Part shown: one piece after another, positions 11,747-20,889 of the stretch
Layout of the letters: each line of letters begins with the position of its first letter
How positions within the stretch are numbered: position 1 is the stretch's first letter
Origin: an uncultured Chloroflexia bacterium
GTDB lineage: Bacteria > Chloroflexota > Limnocylindria > Limnocylindrales > CSP1-4
Assembly (NCBI GenBank): GCA_963741915.1
Contig: CAVUJW010000013.1
Coordinates: 432,245 to 496,244, forward strand
Direction: 5' to 3'
DNA length: 64,000 bases
The notes under the pieces: model-generated
Seen by the model: only the letters and a program-made list of their open reading frames with translations
Database searches by the model: none
Told to the model about the DNA's origin: nothing
Translations under genes and position numbers: made by a program

Positions 11747-12166
11747 TCAGCCCTCGGTGATCTCGATGTCCTGGGCCCCGTCCCACAGGCAGCGCCGGCC
11801 GACCTCGCGCAGCCGGTCCTGCCAGCCGTCGTCGGGGACGATCGTGGCGAAGTGGTTCGCGGCCAGCTGCCCGACCCTGGACGAGGTCGTGCAGGCACCG
11901 TACGGGACGAAGATCTCGCATTCGCTGATGCCGCCCGGGTACAGCGCGAGCTGCCCCGGCACCGGGTGCGAGGTGTGGTGCTCCCAGCCCACGTCCGGGC
12001 GCAGGTCGCCGTACGGGATCCAGGTCGATTCCCCGCTCCAGCGGCAGTGGATCAGGCGCGCGCGCAGCGGCAGCATCGCGCGGATGGCCTCGATCGTGCG
12101 CGGGGCATCGGGCTCCCAGCGGGCGCTAAAGTGCAGGTCACCAGCCCGGATCGACAGCTCGCTCAT
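11747..12166 (-). CDS. DUF3830 family (cyclophilin-like fold) protein
   Basis: HCRWSGE, TSHPVPGQLALYPGGISECEIFVPYG, GQLAANHF and LWDGAQDI motifs. Confidence 0.75.
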   Translation of the reverse strand: MSELSIRAGDLHFSARWEPDAPRTIEAIRAMLPLRARLIHCRWSGESTWIPYGDLRPDVGWEHHTSHPVPGQLALYPGGISECEIFVPYGACTTSSRVGQLAANHFATIVPDDGWQDRLREVGRRCLWDGAQDIEITEG

Positions 12167-12180
12167 CGGCGGAGGATACG

Positions 12181-12510
12181 GTGCCGAACGGCCGTCCGAC
12201 CATCTCCACGCACGTCCTCGACACCGCCGCCGGCAGGCCGGCTGCTGGGATCGGGATCCGCTGCTGGCGCATCGACAGCGACGCGGTCGAGGCGATGGGC
12301 GGCGGCGTGACCGATGGCGACGGGCGGATCCGGGACCTGCTGGGCGGCGCCGAGCTGGTCCCCGGCCGGTACCGGCTCGCGTTCGACCTCGGGCCCGGGC
12401 GCTTCTTCGAGGCGGCCACGGTCGACGTCCGGATCGACGATGCCGGCCGGAGCCACCACGTGCCGCTGCTGCTCGCGCCATACGGCCTGACCACGTATCG
12501 CGGCTCCTGA
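12181..12510 (+). CDS. uraH: 5-hydroxyisourate hydrolase (transthyretin-like)
   Basis: ISTHVLDTAAGRPA, HHVPLLL and C-terminal YRGS signature. Confidence 0.92.
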   Translation: MPNGRPTISTHVLDTAAGRPAAGIGIRCWRIDSDAVEAMGGGVTDGDGRIRDLLGGAELVPGRYRLAFDLGPGRFFEAATVDVRIDDAGRSHHVPLLLAPYGLTTYRGS

Positions 12511-12513
12511 ACC

Positions 12514-13056
12514 GTGGGATCGCGCCACGCCCCCGACCGGGTGGCCCCGTCGGTCGCCGACCTCGACTCGCTCGACGCCACGGCGTTCGGGGCGGCCCTG
12601 GCCCCGCTGTTCGAGGGCGCACCGGCGTTCCTCGCCCGGCTCGCGGCGGCCCGGCCATTCGGCGACGCTGCCACGCTGTTCGCCCGTGCCCGCGAGCTGG
12701 CCCACGCGATGCCCGAGGCGGAGCAGGTGGAGCTGCTCGACGCCCATCCCCGCCTCGGGGCGCCGCCGGGGTCCGTCTCCCCCCTCTCGTTGCGGGAGCA
12801 GGGCTACGACGCCGAGACCGCCGGCGTCGAGGACGAGGCCGAGCGCGTCGGGGCCGAGCTCGCCCGGCTCAACGACGCGTACGAGCAGCGGTTCGGGTTC
12901 CGCTACTGCGAGTTCGTGGCCGGCCGCCCGCGCGCCGCGCTGCTGCCCGGGATGGAGTCGAGCCTGCACGCGGACCGCGCGACCGAGCTGCACCGGGCCC
13001 TGGATGCGGTGATCGACATCGCCGCCGACCGGTTCCGTTCCCGCGGCGCCCGCTGA
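12514..13056 (+). CDS. uraD: OHCU decarboxylase
   Basis: LFEGAP, AHPRLG, SLREQ and LNDAYEQRFGF motifs; adjacent to uraH. Confidence 0.85.
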   Translation: MGSRHAPDRVAPSVADLDSLDATAFGAALAPLFEGAPAFLARLAAARPFGDAATLFARARELAHAMPEAEQVELLDAHPRLGAPPGSVSPLSLREQGYDAETAGVEDEAERVGAELARLNDAYEQRFGFRYCEFVAGRPRAALLPGMESSLHADRATELHRALDAVIDIAADRFRSRGAR

Positions 13057-13081
13057 TGGATCGCATGGCGAGCGGGAGGTC

Positions 13082-13495
13082 GTGATCGTGGAGTTCCCCG
13101 CGCCCGGGATGACCCTGACCAGGCTGCTGGTGGTCTCGGACCTGCAGCGGTCGATCGCGTTCTACCGCGACGTCCTGGGCGCGCGCGTCGAGGGCGAGTA
13201 CGGGGGCACCTCGTGCGTGCTCCGCTTCCTCGACGCCTGGATCCTGCTGGTCACCGGGGGGCCGCCCACCGCGGACAAGCCGACGGTCACGTTCGAGCCG
13301 CCGGCCGATCCGGACCGGGCCGCCGCGGAGCTGATCATCGGGGTTCCTGACTGCCGTGCCGTGCACGAGCTGCTCTCGGCCCGCGGGGCGGCCTTCCTCA
13401 CGCCGCCCGTCGAGTACGAGTGGGAGATCCGGGCGTTCTTCCGCGATCCCGACGGGCACCTGTTCGAGATCACCGAGCGGCGCGGCGGCGGCTGA
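13082..13495 (+). CDS. VOC / glyoxalase family protein
   Basis: LVVSDLQRSIAFYRDVLG and FFRDPDGHLFEI motifs. Confidence 0.85.
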   Translation: MIVEFPAPGMTLTRLLVVSDLQRSIAFYRDVLGARVEGEYGGTSCVLRFLDAWILLVTGGPPTADKPTVTFEPPADPDRAAAELIIGVPDCRAVHELLSARGAAFLTPPVEYEWEIRAFFRDPDGHLFEITERRGGG

Positions 13496-13525
13496 GCAGC
13501 GGCCGCGGCCAGGCCCGGCCGCGCG

Positions 13526-13750
13526 TCAGCCGGCGGCGCGACCCAGGGCCGCCATGAGCTTGCGAGCCTGCTCGTGGTCCTTGTCGTTGGGGTGGTCGTG
13601 GTCGGCCATGATGCCGCAGTACACGTCGTGGATCGCCTGGCTCATCGTGTCCTCGTTGGCGATCGCGAGGCCCCGCTGCTGCAGCTCGCCCATCGCGGCA
13701 TCAGGATCGTCGCGGTGCATCGCATGGTCCAGGGCTTCGCGCATCGTCAT
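13526..13750 (-). CDS. Small His/Asp-rich hypothetical protein (74 aa)
   Basis: GGAGG upstream of ATG; protein-like composition, unlike a shadow ORF. Confidence 0.6.
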   Translation of the reverse strand: MTMREALDHAMHRDDPDAAMGELQQRGLAIANEDTMSQAIHDVYCGIMADHDHPNDKDHEQARKLMAALGRAAG

Positions 13751-13911
13751 GGCGGGACACCTCCGACGCGAATTTAGCGCCGTGCGGTGCCGGTGTCACG
13801 ATCTCGACGCACATCGAGCGCGCAAGCGCGCCTGCGCCTTCGCGCCATGGAACGGGTCAGGGCGACCTCGGCCGGTAGGCTCGCGACGTCCAGGCCCCTC
13901 GCCAGCACCGG

Positions 13912-14382
13912 CTACCAGATCGCTGGCTTGACCGTCATCAGGGCGACGAGCGCCGCGAGGCCTGTGCCGCCGATCGCGGCCAGGATCTCGGGCCGGCGGG
14001 TCCGCAGCCGCGCGGCCAGGGCCTCGTCGTCGAGCCGCGGGACCTTGGACGTGCCCTGGAGGCCGTCCCGCAGCCCGTAGTAGTACGAGCCGGCGATGGC
14101 GAACATCGCGACGAGGATGACGGCGAGCACGAGGTACGAGGCGACCACCCACGGAGCCGCCAGGAGGCCCGCGCTGGCCGCCGCCCCGAGACCCCCAACG
14201 CCGAGCAGCACGAGCCCGACGTACATCACCTGGTTGCCCCGCGTGGACATGGCGAGCAGGACGCGGATCACGTCGCGGTCGCGCTCGCCGCGGATCCGGA
14301 AGGCGACCCACATCGCGACGCCGTGCGAGACCAGGAAGACGACCATCCCGAGCACGTGGAGGGTGGCGAGCCACGGGTACAC
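13912..14382 (-). CDS. DUF2269-like membrane protein
   Basis: GTG start; LHVLG near the N-terminus, four hydrophobic segments, C-terminal LMTVKP. Confidence 0.65.
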   Translation of the reverse strand: MYPWLATLHVLGMVVFLVSHGVAMWVAFRIRGERDRDVIRVLLAMSTRGNQVMYVGLVLLGVGGLGAAASAGLLAAPWVVASYLVLAVILVAMFAIAGSYYYGLRDGLQGTSKVPRLDDEALAARLRTRRPEILAAIGGTGLAALVALMTVKPAIW

Positions 14383-14413
14383 CGATCGATCTCCGCGTGT
14401 CGTCCGGCGGGCG

Positions 14414-14983
14414 CTACGCGTCCGCAGCGGCGCTGCGCGCGCTCGGCTGCGCCGGTGCCGCCTGCCGCTGCAGGTGGCGGCCCAGCCGGTAGGCCCACAA
14501 CGGGTAGCCGACATAGAGTCCCGCGGCCACGCCCATCGCCGCCCCGTTCGGGAGGAGCCCACGCCGTCCGCCGACGTAGCCGACCCCGACGAACCAGGCG
14601 CCGAGGACGATGAACGCGACGGCGACGGGACCGATCTGCTGCTCGAACGTCAGCACCCCCATCACGAGCAGCAGCTGGAGCAGCACGATCGCGACGAGCG
14701 CGAGCAGCGCGATCGCCGTCGAGACGGCGAGGACGACCGGACGTGACCCGCGGAGGAGGACGTGGACGGCCAGAACGCCGGGCACCGCCACGAGGTACGC
14801 CACCAGCGTGAGGGTGTCGTTGATGCCGCCGAGCAGCCGTCCGGTCGAGGTCGATCCGACGGCGAAGGCGGCGTACATGGCGACGAAGAAGCAGACGGCG
14901 ACCCCGGAGATCGCGCCGCTCGCGAGCATCGCCGGTCCGGCAACGTCCGCGATCCACGTGCGCTGCGGGCTGGGCTGGGACAC
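14414..14983 (-). CDS. Hypothetical integral membrane protein
   Basis: GTG start after GGAGG; several hydrophobic helices. Confidence 0.6.
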   Translation of the reverse strand: MSQPSPQRTWIADVAGPAMLASGAISGVAVCFFVAMYAAFAVGSTSTGRLLGGINDTLTLVAYLVAVPGVLAVHVLLRGSRPVVLAVSTAIALLALVAIVLLQLLLVMGVLTFEQQIGPVAVAFIVLGAWFVGVGYVGGRRGLLPNGAAMGVAAGLYVGYPLWAYRLGRHLQRQAAPAQPSARSAAADA

Positions 14984-15013
14984 GGGGAGACCTCCTCTCT
15001 TCAGGGCCAATGA

Positions 15014-15640
15014 TCAGGACCAGCCCAGCAGCAGGGCGAGACCAACGAGCTGGGTGGGCAGGTAGACGACGGCGGGGATGATGTCGCCGGCCGCGACCAG
15101 CCAGCCGAGGACGAACACGCCGGCGATGGCGACGATCGCGGCCACCGGCGCGGCGAGCCCGCCGGTCACCAGCAGGCCGCCGCCGAGCACGGCCAGCGCC
15201 ACGCCGGTCAGGACCACGAACGCTCCGAACAGTCCGCCCGTGGCCGCGCCGACGAGCGTCTCCGCGGGCTCGGTGACCCTCCCGCCGGCCACCAGGTCGG
15301 CGAGGGCCGGCGTCGTCCGCGTGCGGATCGCGAGGACCGCCAGCCACAGGAAGCCGCCGGCGCCATATGCCATCGCCGTCGCGACCACCCAGGTCGCGGT
15401 CTGAGGGCTGGCCCAGGGGGCGCCGACCAGCAGGGCGAGCCCGATCGTCGTCGCGACCGTCGCGAGCCCGAAGCCGGCATTGAGCAGGGCCCACGCGCGT
15501 CGGTGGGCACCGACCGTTCGCAGGTGGTTGTCCCGGGTGGTGGTCCAGATGCCGAGCAGCGGCGGGTAGGCCACCGGGATGGCCCCGAGGAGCGGCCCCA
15601 CGAGGAGCAGCCAGCCCGCCGTCGCCTGGAGGTCACTCAT
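15014..15640 (-). CDS. Hypothetical integral membrane protein
   Basis: 208 aa with about six hydrophobic segments. Confidence 0.6.
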   Translation of the reverse strand: MSDLQATAGWLLLVGPLLGAIPVAYPPLLGIWTTTRDNHLRTVGAHRRAWALLNAGFGLATVATTIGLALLVGAPWASPQTATWVVATAMAYGAGGFLWLAVLAIRTRTTPALADLVAGGRVTEPAETLVGAATGGLFGAFVVLTGVALAVLGGGLLVTGGLAAPVAAIVAIAGVFVLGWLVAAGDIIPAVVYLPTQLVGLALLLGWS

Positions 15641-15815
15641 CGCGCGGCCGCTGCCTTCCCATCGATGAGCACTCCGAACGCGAGGATGGCGAACCCGTAG
15701 AGAAGCTGCATCGCAGGTCCCCGAGATCGTGAGCGACGATGGCGTCGCCCGGCGCGACGTGTTTTCCGGTGCTGCGACCAGCCTGCCGGCGGGCCTGTCC
15801 CGTCGTCATGGGAGC

Positions 15816-15863
15816 GGTGTCCCGACCGGTGTCCCGACCGGTGTCCCGACCGATGTCCCGACC
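15816..15863. repeat. 12-bp tandem repeat GGTGTCCCGACC, 4 copies (last has 1 mismatch)
   Basis: Read directly from the sequence. Confidence 0.9.
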
Positions 15864-15960
15864 GGCAACCAGGCCGGCACCCCGATGCCGACCCGCGTGC
15901 TACCTGACCGAAGCCGCCGAAGCCGCTTCCGGCTCCCTCGTCCTGGTTGCCTTCGGCTGG

Positions 15961-16359
15961 TCAGTCATACGCGACCAGCAAACCGCGGGGATCCTCGTCC
16001 CATTGCTCGCTCATGGACCGACACTCGGGACAGCGGGCCGGCGCGTGGTAGCGGAAGTGCCCGCCGCACGCGCAGGCGTCGAGCGTCGCCTCGGCCGCGG
16101 CGTGGTACTCCTTCCTCGTGAGCGGCTTGCCGGGGTACGTGGCCCTGATCTGCCGGTCGAGCCGCATCCGGCTGAGGGCGTACGGGCCAGGCAGCCCCTT
16201 CACGAACCCCAGGTGGATGTCGCCCAGGTCCTCGTGGCTCACCGACCGCGCGGTGCCGCACACGTCGCAATGGAGCAGGTCGAAGAAGAAGCCACCCCCG
16301 CGCCGAACCGTGAACTGCGTCCCGCACGCCCTGCAGATGAACCCTGATGCGCTGCCCAC
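15961..16359 (-). CDS. Cys-rich putative zinc-ribbon hypothetical protein
   Basis: CRAC, CDVC, CACGG and CPEC motifs; GGGAGG upstream of GTG. Confidence 0.65.
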   Translation of the reverse strand: MGSASGFICRACGTQFTVRRGGGFFFDLLHCDVCGTARSVSHEDLGDIHLGFVKGLPGPYALSRMRLDRQIRATYPGKPLTRKEYHAAAEATLDACACGGHFRYHAPARCPECRSMSEQWDEDPRGLLVAYD

Positions 16360-16392
16360 GTGGCGCCTCCCGCTGCCGCCGGCGGTCTCGGC

Positions 16393-16432
16393 GCCGGTTC
16401 TCCGACCAATAGGCCGGTTCTCCGACCAATAG
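16393..16432. repeat. 20-bp direct repeat GCCGGTTCTCCGACCAATAG, 2 copies
   Basis: Read directly from the sequence. Confidence 0.9.
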
Positions 16433-16525
16433 GAGGCGGCCTGTCAAGGAGGGTGGCAGCGGAGCTGCCCCCGGGCGCGCGCGCCGCTGCGCGCTCGCGT
16501 GCGCGGGCGCGCGTGAACATCTTGA

Positions 16526-16870
16526 AGAGATCAGTTTCGCGATGAGCTCCGCGGGATCCTCGTCGACGACGAGCGCCTCGCGCTCGAGGCGACCGACCGG
16601 ATGCGCCCGCGCGGCTCTTTCTTGAGGAACAACCACAGGATGGCGCCACCTTATGACGGCGAGCTGATCGAGCTGCCGCCGTCCGAGCGTGACAGCCGCC
16701 AGGTGCGCGAGTCCACGGGCCGCCGGACGATCGGATCCAGGTCCACGACCGTGCCCGCAAGCTGCTCGCCGACCACGACCTTCCGGCGCTTGCCGACGAC
16801 GCTGCACGGGAGCTTGCGACCATCGTCGAGCGGGCCGACCGGGCGGCCGCGGTGCGCTTATCGCGAGGGT
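16526..16870 (+). pseudogene. C-terminal remnant of an MttB-family (trimethylamine:corrinoid methyltransferase) gene
   Basis: LRGILVDDERLALEATDRMRPRGSFL...ERDSRQVRESTGRRTI, then after a frameshift near 16735 HDRARKLLADHDLPALADDAARELATIVERAD; this resembles the MttB C-terminus; in-frame TGA at 16523 and no N-terminus. Confidence 0.6.
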
Positions 16871-16953
16871 CAAGCGAGGGGCGAGCCCCTCGGCATTGCG
16901 TCGACTCAGGCCGACCGGGAGCGCGGCGGGTCAGCCGCGTGCGGTCCGCCGCG

Positions 16954-18180
16954 TCAGGCTGCGACCGCCTCGTCGCGCGTGACCAGCAGGCCGCCCACCG
17001 TGATCAGCAGGAGCACGGACAGGCCGACGAGCTCCAGCATCGGCACGGCGTAGGAGCCGGACCAGTCGCGCGTCGCACCCAGGGCGAGCGGCGTGATGGC
17101 GGCGATGGCGAAGCCCAGCGCGTTCATCCGCCCGGAGATGACCGATGCCTCGTTCGGGTCGCGCGCGATCTCGAGCACGACGGCGAAGGCTGCCGGGAAG
17201 ATGAAGCCGAGCCCGACCGCGGTCACCACGATCCCCGCCACGGTCAGCCCGGCGACCGCCGTGAGCGTCGTCCCGGCAGTGATCAGCAGCGCGGCGAGCG
17301 CGGCCTGACGGCGCGCGCCGCCCATCCGGGGTCCCGCCGCGAACGCCGAGAGGTTCGCGACGAGGGCGATCAGGTTCACGATCCCCACGATCGCCCCTGC
17401 GGACGCCGCTGGCCATCCCTGCTCCCCGAGGAGGTCGGGGGCCCACTGCGCGATGCCCTGGTAGACGGCCGCCTGCAACCCGAACGCCAGGGCGATGAGC
17501 AGAGCCGTTCGCCGCAATGGCCCCGCCGCTGGTGCCCGGTCAGGGAGGCGGACCGGCGTCGGGCCGACCTTCAAGGGGCGGCGCATCCAGCCGGCAGCCG
17601 AGAGCACGGTGAGCAGCCCGAGCGCGAGCACGGCCGCGCGCCATCCGCCCAGCGCCACCGCGAGCGGGGCCGCGAGCAACCCCGCGATGATCGACCCACC
17701 GATCATGCCCAGGGTGTAGGACGTCGAGCCGAGCCTGGCCGGCAGCTCGACGGCCGACATCCACGCGGGCAGGGCGGAGCTGGCGACGCCGATCGCCAGC
17801 CCGGCACCCACCGAGCCCGCGATCAGCCAGGCGATCGACGGCGCGACGGCCCGCATCACGATCGCGCCGAGCAGCAGCGCGAGCACGATCGAGACGGCGC
17901 CGGCCGGGCCCCGACGCCTGACGAGCCGACCGGTCACGGCCGCGCCGAGCGCCGTTGCCAGCAGCGCCGAGGTCGACACGAGGCCGAGCGTCGCGTGATC
18001 CGTGTGGAACTCGGCCGCGAGCCAGGGCACCAGGGGTCCCAGCAGCACGAGCTGCGGCCGGATGCCGAGGGCGGCGACGAGCGCCGCTGCCGCCCGAGCG
18101 TCGCCGCGCCCCGGGCTCAGGGAGCGGCTGGGCGGGGCCGCGCCGGGGTCGTCGGGGTGCGCACGCGGGCGCTCAGCCAC
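16954..18180 (-). CDS. MFS transporter, CynX/cyanate-permease-like
   Basis: About 12 TM segments; ALGIRP, LGGWR, FGLQAAVY and LGATRDWSGSY motifs. Confidence 0.75.
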   Translation of the reverse strand: MAERPRAHPDDPGAAPPSRSLSPGRGDARAAAALVAALGIRPQLVLLGPLVPWLAAEFHTDHATLGLVSTSALLATALGAAVTGRLVRRRGPAGAVSIVLALLLGAIVMRAVAPSIAWLIAGSVGAGLAIGVASSALPAWMSAVELPARLGSTSYTLGMIGGSIIAGLLAAPLAVALGGWRAAVLALGLLTVLSAAGWMRRPLKVGPTPVRLPDRAPAAGPLRRTALLIALAFGLQAAVYQGIAQWAPDLLGEQGWPAASAGAIVGIVNLIALVANLSAFAAGPRMGGARRQAALAALLITAGTTLTAVAGLTVAGIVVTAVGLGFIFPAAFAVVLEIARDPNEASVISGRMNALGFAIAAITPLALGATRDWSGSYAVPMLELVGLSVLLLITVGGLLVTRDEAVAA

Positions 18181-19465
18181 CGCTGCCGGCCCAGCGGCCG
18201 TGATCGCCGCCGCTGGGATCGGCCAGCACGAGGACGGCGTCGTGATCGAACGGCACGGACAGCTGGACCACGCCGCTGCGCGTGATCGTCGTCGTCGGCG
18301 TCCAGGTGCCGGCGACCGGATCGAACCAGCGAACGCTCGTGCTCCAGCCGGTCAGCGCGTCCAGGTCCACGCTGATGGTCCGGTCCGTGGGGACATAGGC
18401 GATCCCCAGCGTGCCGTCCGCGGCCCGCATCGCGGTCAGCCGATCGAGCCCGTTCTCCTCACCGAGGCCGCCCACGACGAGGCGGTGCTCGAGGTCCGGC
18501 TCCCCGGTCCACCAGGCGACCTCGGACACGAATTGGGCCAGCGCCGTCATGGCGCGGGCGCCGGGCGAGTCGAGCGCCGCCTGCCAGCCGGGGGCCATGA
18601 GCCACACGTGGAAGTTGCCCAGGAACTGTCCGGTCGCGCCGCAGGTGAGCGCCCACCATGCCTGGCGGCGCACCTGCAGTTCGGTCGCGTCATGCTCGCC
18701 CTCGTAGGTCGACTCGAACAGGACGAACGGCCGCGGGGGTGTCCGCCGCCAGTCGTCGATCAGCTTCCGATGGACGATCTGGTAGCTGTACGTCTGGTTC
18801 AGGGTGAGCCATGCATCGCTCTCGTACTGCTCCACGGGGCTGGTGTCCGGATGGACGTGGGCCGTCATCAGGTGACGGTCGTCGTGCTCCAGGATGCCGG
18901 CCACGAAGGCCCGCATGTGGGGCCGGAGGTCGCCCGGGTTGCGATCCCCGCCGACGACCCACACGAGGTTGTCCCGGTCGCGGTACCTCGCGCCCAGGAA
19001 CGCGCCGTACGCGCGGCATCCCGCCTCGCCGACCGCGCGGACGGCACCATGCCAGCCCTCCTCGCGCCGGGTGAATCCGAAGCCGGGAAAGTGCGGGTCG
19101 ATGTAGCCGAGGTAGAGCGGCGCGAGCAGGACGTAGCTCCCGTGGCTGGCGGCAACCTCGAGGAGGTCGTCCACCTTCGCCCAGTAGGCCGGGTTGGGAC
19201 GGGTCAGGGCCCCCGGCTCGAGGAAGGGATCGACGCCGTCGATCGTCCGGGGCGGGTCGGCCGTGAACAGGGCCTCGATGGCATTGACGATGACGGCGTT
19301 GAACCCGCGCGCGGCACGATCGGCGAAGTAGCGCTCCCACCCGTCCTCCCGCTCGCTCACGATGATCGACCACGCCGTATCGCCATTGAGGAACACGGGA
19401 CGACCGTCGTCGTCGACCAGGTGGCGGCCCGACGGACCTGGACGCAGTCGAGACGGGGACGGCAT
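18173..19465 (-). CDS. DUF4038 / GH140-like (apiosidase-like) glycoside hydrolase with C-terminal putative collagen-binding domain
   Basis: GRHLVDDDGRPVFLNGDTAW, RAARGFN, WVVGGD, LMTAH, FESTYE, VRRQAWW, WFDP and DAVLVL motifs; GGAGG upstream. Confidence 0.75.
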   Translation of the reverse strand: MPSPSRLRPGPSGRHLVDDDGRPVFLNGDTAWSIIVSEREDGWERYFADRAARGFNAVIVNAIEALFTADPPRTIDGVDPFLEPGALTRPNPAYWAKVDDLLEVAASHGSYVLLAPLYLGYIDPHFPGFGFTRREEGWHGAVRAVGEAGCRAYGAFLGARYRDRDNLVWVVGGDRNPGDLRPHMRAFVAGILEHDDRHLMTAHVHPDTSPVEQYESDAWLTLNQTYSYQIVHRKLIDDWRRTPPRPFVLFESTYEGEHDATELQVRRQAWWALTCGATGQFLGNFHVWLMAPGWQAALDSPGARAMTALAQFVSEVAWWTGEPDLEHRLVVGGLGEENGLDRLTAMRAADGTLGIAYVPTDRTISVDLDALTGWSTSVRWFDPVAGTWTPTTTITRSGVVQLSVPFDHDAVLVLADPSGGDHGRWAGSGG

Positions 19466-19487
19466 GCGACAACCTCCTGCTGGGGCG

Positions 19488-19547
19488 TTGACAGCCCGGG
19501 CTATCCTCGCACTGTAGCAATGTGGTCGACCGGTCGGCCAGTCGACC
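19488..19547 (+). promoter_or_regulatory. -35 box TTGACA and a triple GGTCGACC-like operator (motif A)
   Basis: TTGACA at 19488-19493; GGTCGACC-GGTCGGCC-AGTCGACC at 19524-19547, between divergent genes. Confidence 0.6.
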
Positions 19548-19565
19548 AACCACGTGGAGGAGGCC

Positions 19566-20804
19566 ATGGCAGATCCGCTGCGCCCGCCCCAGGGCGTGTA
19601 CTCCCGCCGGTTCTTCCTCAAGGTGTCCGCGGCGGGCGCCGTCACGGTTGCCGCCGGGGGCTTCCTGGCTGCCTGCAGCTCCGCTGTCAGCACCCTGGCG
19701 CCGACGACGCCGGGCGGCAGCTCCGCCTCGCCGGGCTCCGGCACCACGCCTGTCCCCAGCTTCGCCCCTCCGTCCCTCGGACCGGTGGGCGGAACGTACT
19801 CCATGTTCACCTGGGCCGGGTACGACGGCAAGGGCGTTCCCGAGATCGACGCCTGGTATCAGCAGAACAACATCCAGCTCGACGTCAAGTACATCTCGAA
19901 CGAGAACCTCGTGAACTTCATGAAGTCACCGGGTTCCGAGAAGTGGGATGCCAGCTCGGTCAACCAGGGCGACGCCCAGTACATCTACGAGGCAGGCGTC
20001 TCCTCGCCGGTGTTCGCGAGCGAGGTCCCGGCCTTCAACGACATGTACGACTTCTTCAAGAACGGGTCGTTCTTCAAGCTGGCGGACGGCGTCTACAGCT
20101 GCGTCCCCTGGACCTGGGGCCCGCTGGGGATCAACACCCGTCCGGACAAGGTGCCCGCCGATGCGCTCAAGTCCTGGGACGGCCTGCTCGACGCCAAGTG
20201 GAAGGGCCGCATCGGGACCTACGACGATGCGCTCAACATGATCTCGACGGCCTGCTGCGCGGTGGGCAAGGACCCGGCCGTGCTCACCACCGATGACCTC
20301 AACGGGCCGGTCAAGGACTGGCTGGTCAAGCTCAAGCCGCAGCTGAAGGTGCTGTCAACGTCGATCGGCGATCAGATCAACCTGCTCATCTCGGGCGACG
20401 TCGACATCGAGCTCATCGGCCTCACCTGGTTCACCGCGCAGGCGGCCAGCCAGAACGCGACGGTCGACTTCCGGATCCCCGACGAGGGGACCTACGGCTT
20501 CACGGACTGCCTGTTCGTGCCGCCGTCCGCACCGCACCGGGCGAACGCCATCGCCTGGGCCAACGCGATCACCAGCGGCACGACGGCCAAGGCGCTGCTC
20601 GAGTCCGTCAACCAGCTGTCGACGGTGACCAAGGTCAACGACACCATCAAGCCCGACGTGTTCACGTCGTATGCGATCGATCCGAGCGGTGTCGTCGACT
20701 ACGTCGGCAAGCTCAAGTGGAACAACAGCTGGTACAACCCCGGCCAGTACGCCACGATCGACGAGTGGCGAAAGGTCTGGGACGATGTGAAGGCGCTCGG
20801 CTGA
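19566..20804 (+). CDS. ABC transporter substrate-binding lipoprotein, PotD/PotF-like, Tat-exported
   Basis: SRRFFLK twin-Arg signal, LAAC lipobox, Pro/Ser linker, TWAGY, VPWTWG and IPDEGT motifs. Confidence 0.85.
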   Translation: MADPLRPPQGVYSRRFFLKVSAAGAVTVAAGGFLAACSSAVSTLAPTTPGGSSASPGSGTTPVPSFAPPSLGPVGGTYSMFTWAGYDGKGVPEIDAWYQQNNIQLDVKYISNENLVNFMKSPGSEKWDASSVNQGDAQYIYEAGVSSPVFASEVPAFNDMYDFFKNGSFFKLADGVYSCVPWTWGPLGINTRPDKVPADALKSWDGLLDAKWKGRIGTYDDALNMISTACCAVGKDPAVLTTDDLNGPVKDWLVKLKPQLKVLSTSIGDQINLLISGDVDIELIGLTWFTAQAASQNATVDFRIPDEGTYGFTDCLFVPPSAPHRANAIAWANAITSGTTAKALLESVNQLSTVTKVNDTIKPDVFTSYAIDPSGVVDYVGKLKWNNSWYNPGQYATIDEWRKVWDDVKALG

Positions 20805-20889
20805 CCCCCCACCGGTCCTGACGCGCCGCCAGCGCCCGCCTCCTCCAGGCGCTGGCGGCGCGTGACGTCCATCCTCGCCCGAGGCCCCG

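Noticed and set aside
15637-15711. 24-aa hydrophobic ORF overlapping the start of the 15640 gene
   Set aside because: No clear SD; it may be a fragment and cannot be supported as a gene
16523-16870. Pyrrolysine-type stop readthrough in the MttB fragment
   Set aside because: The upstream stop is TGA rather than TAG, no MttB-like sequence continues upstream, and no pyl genes are seen
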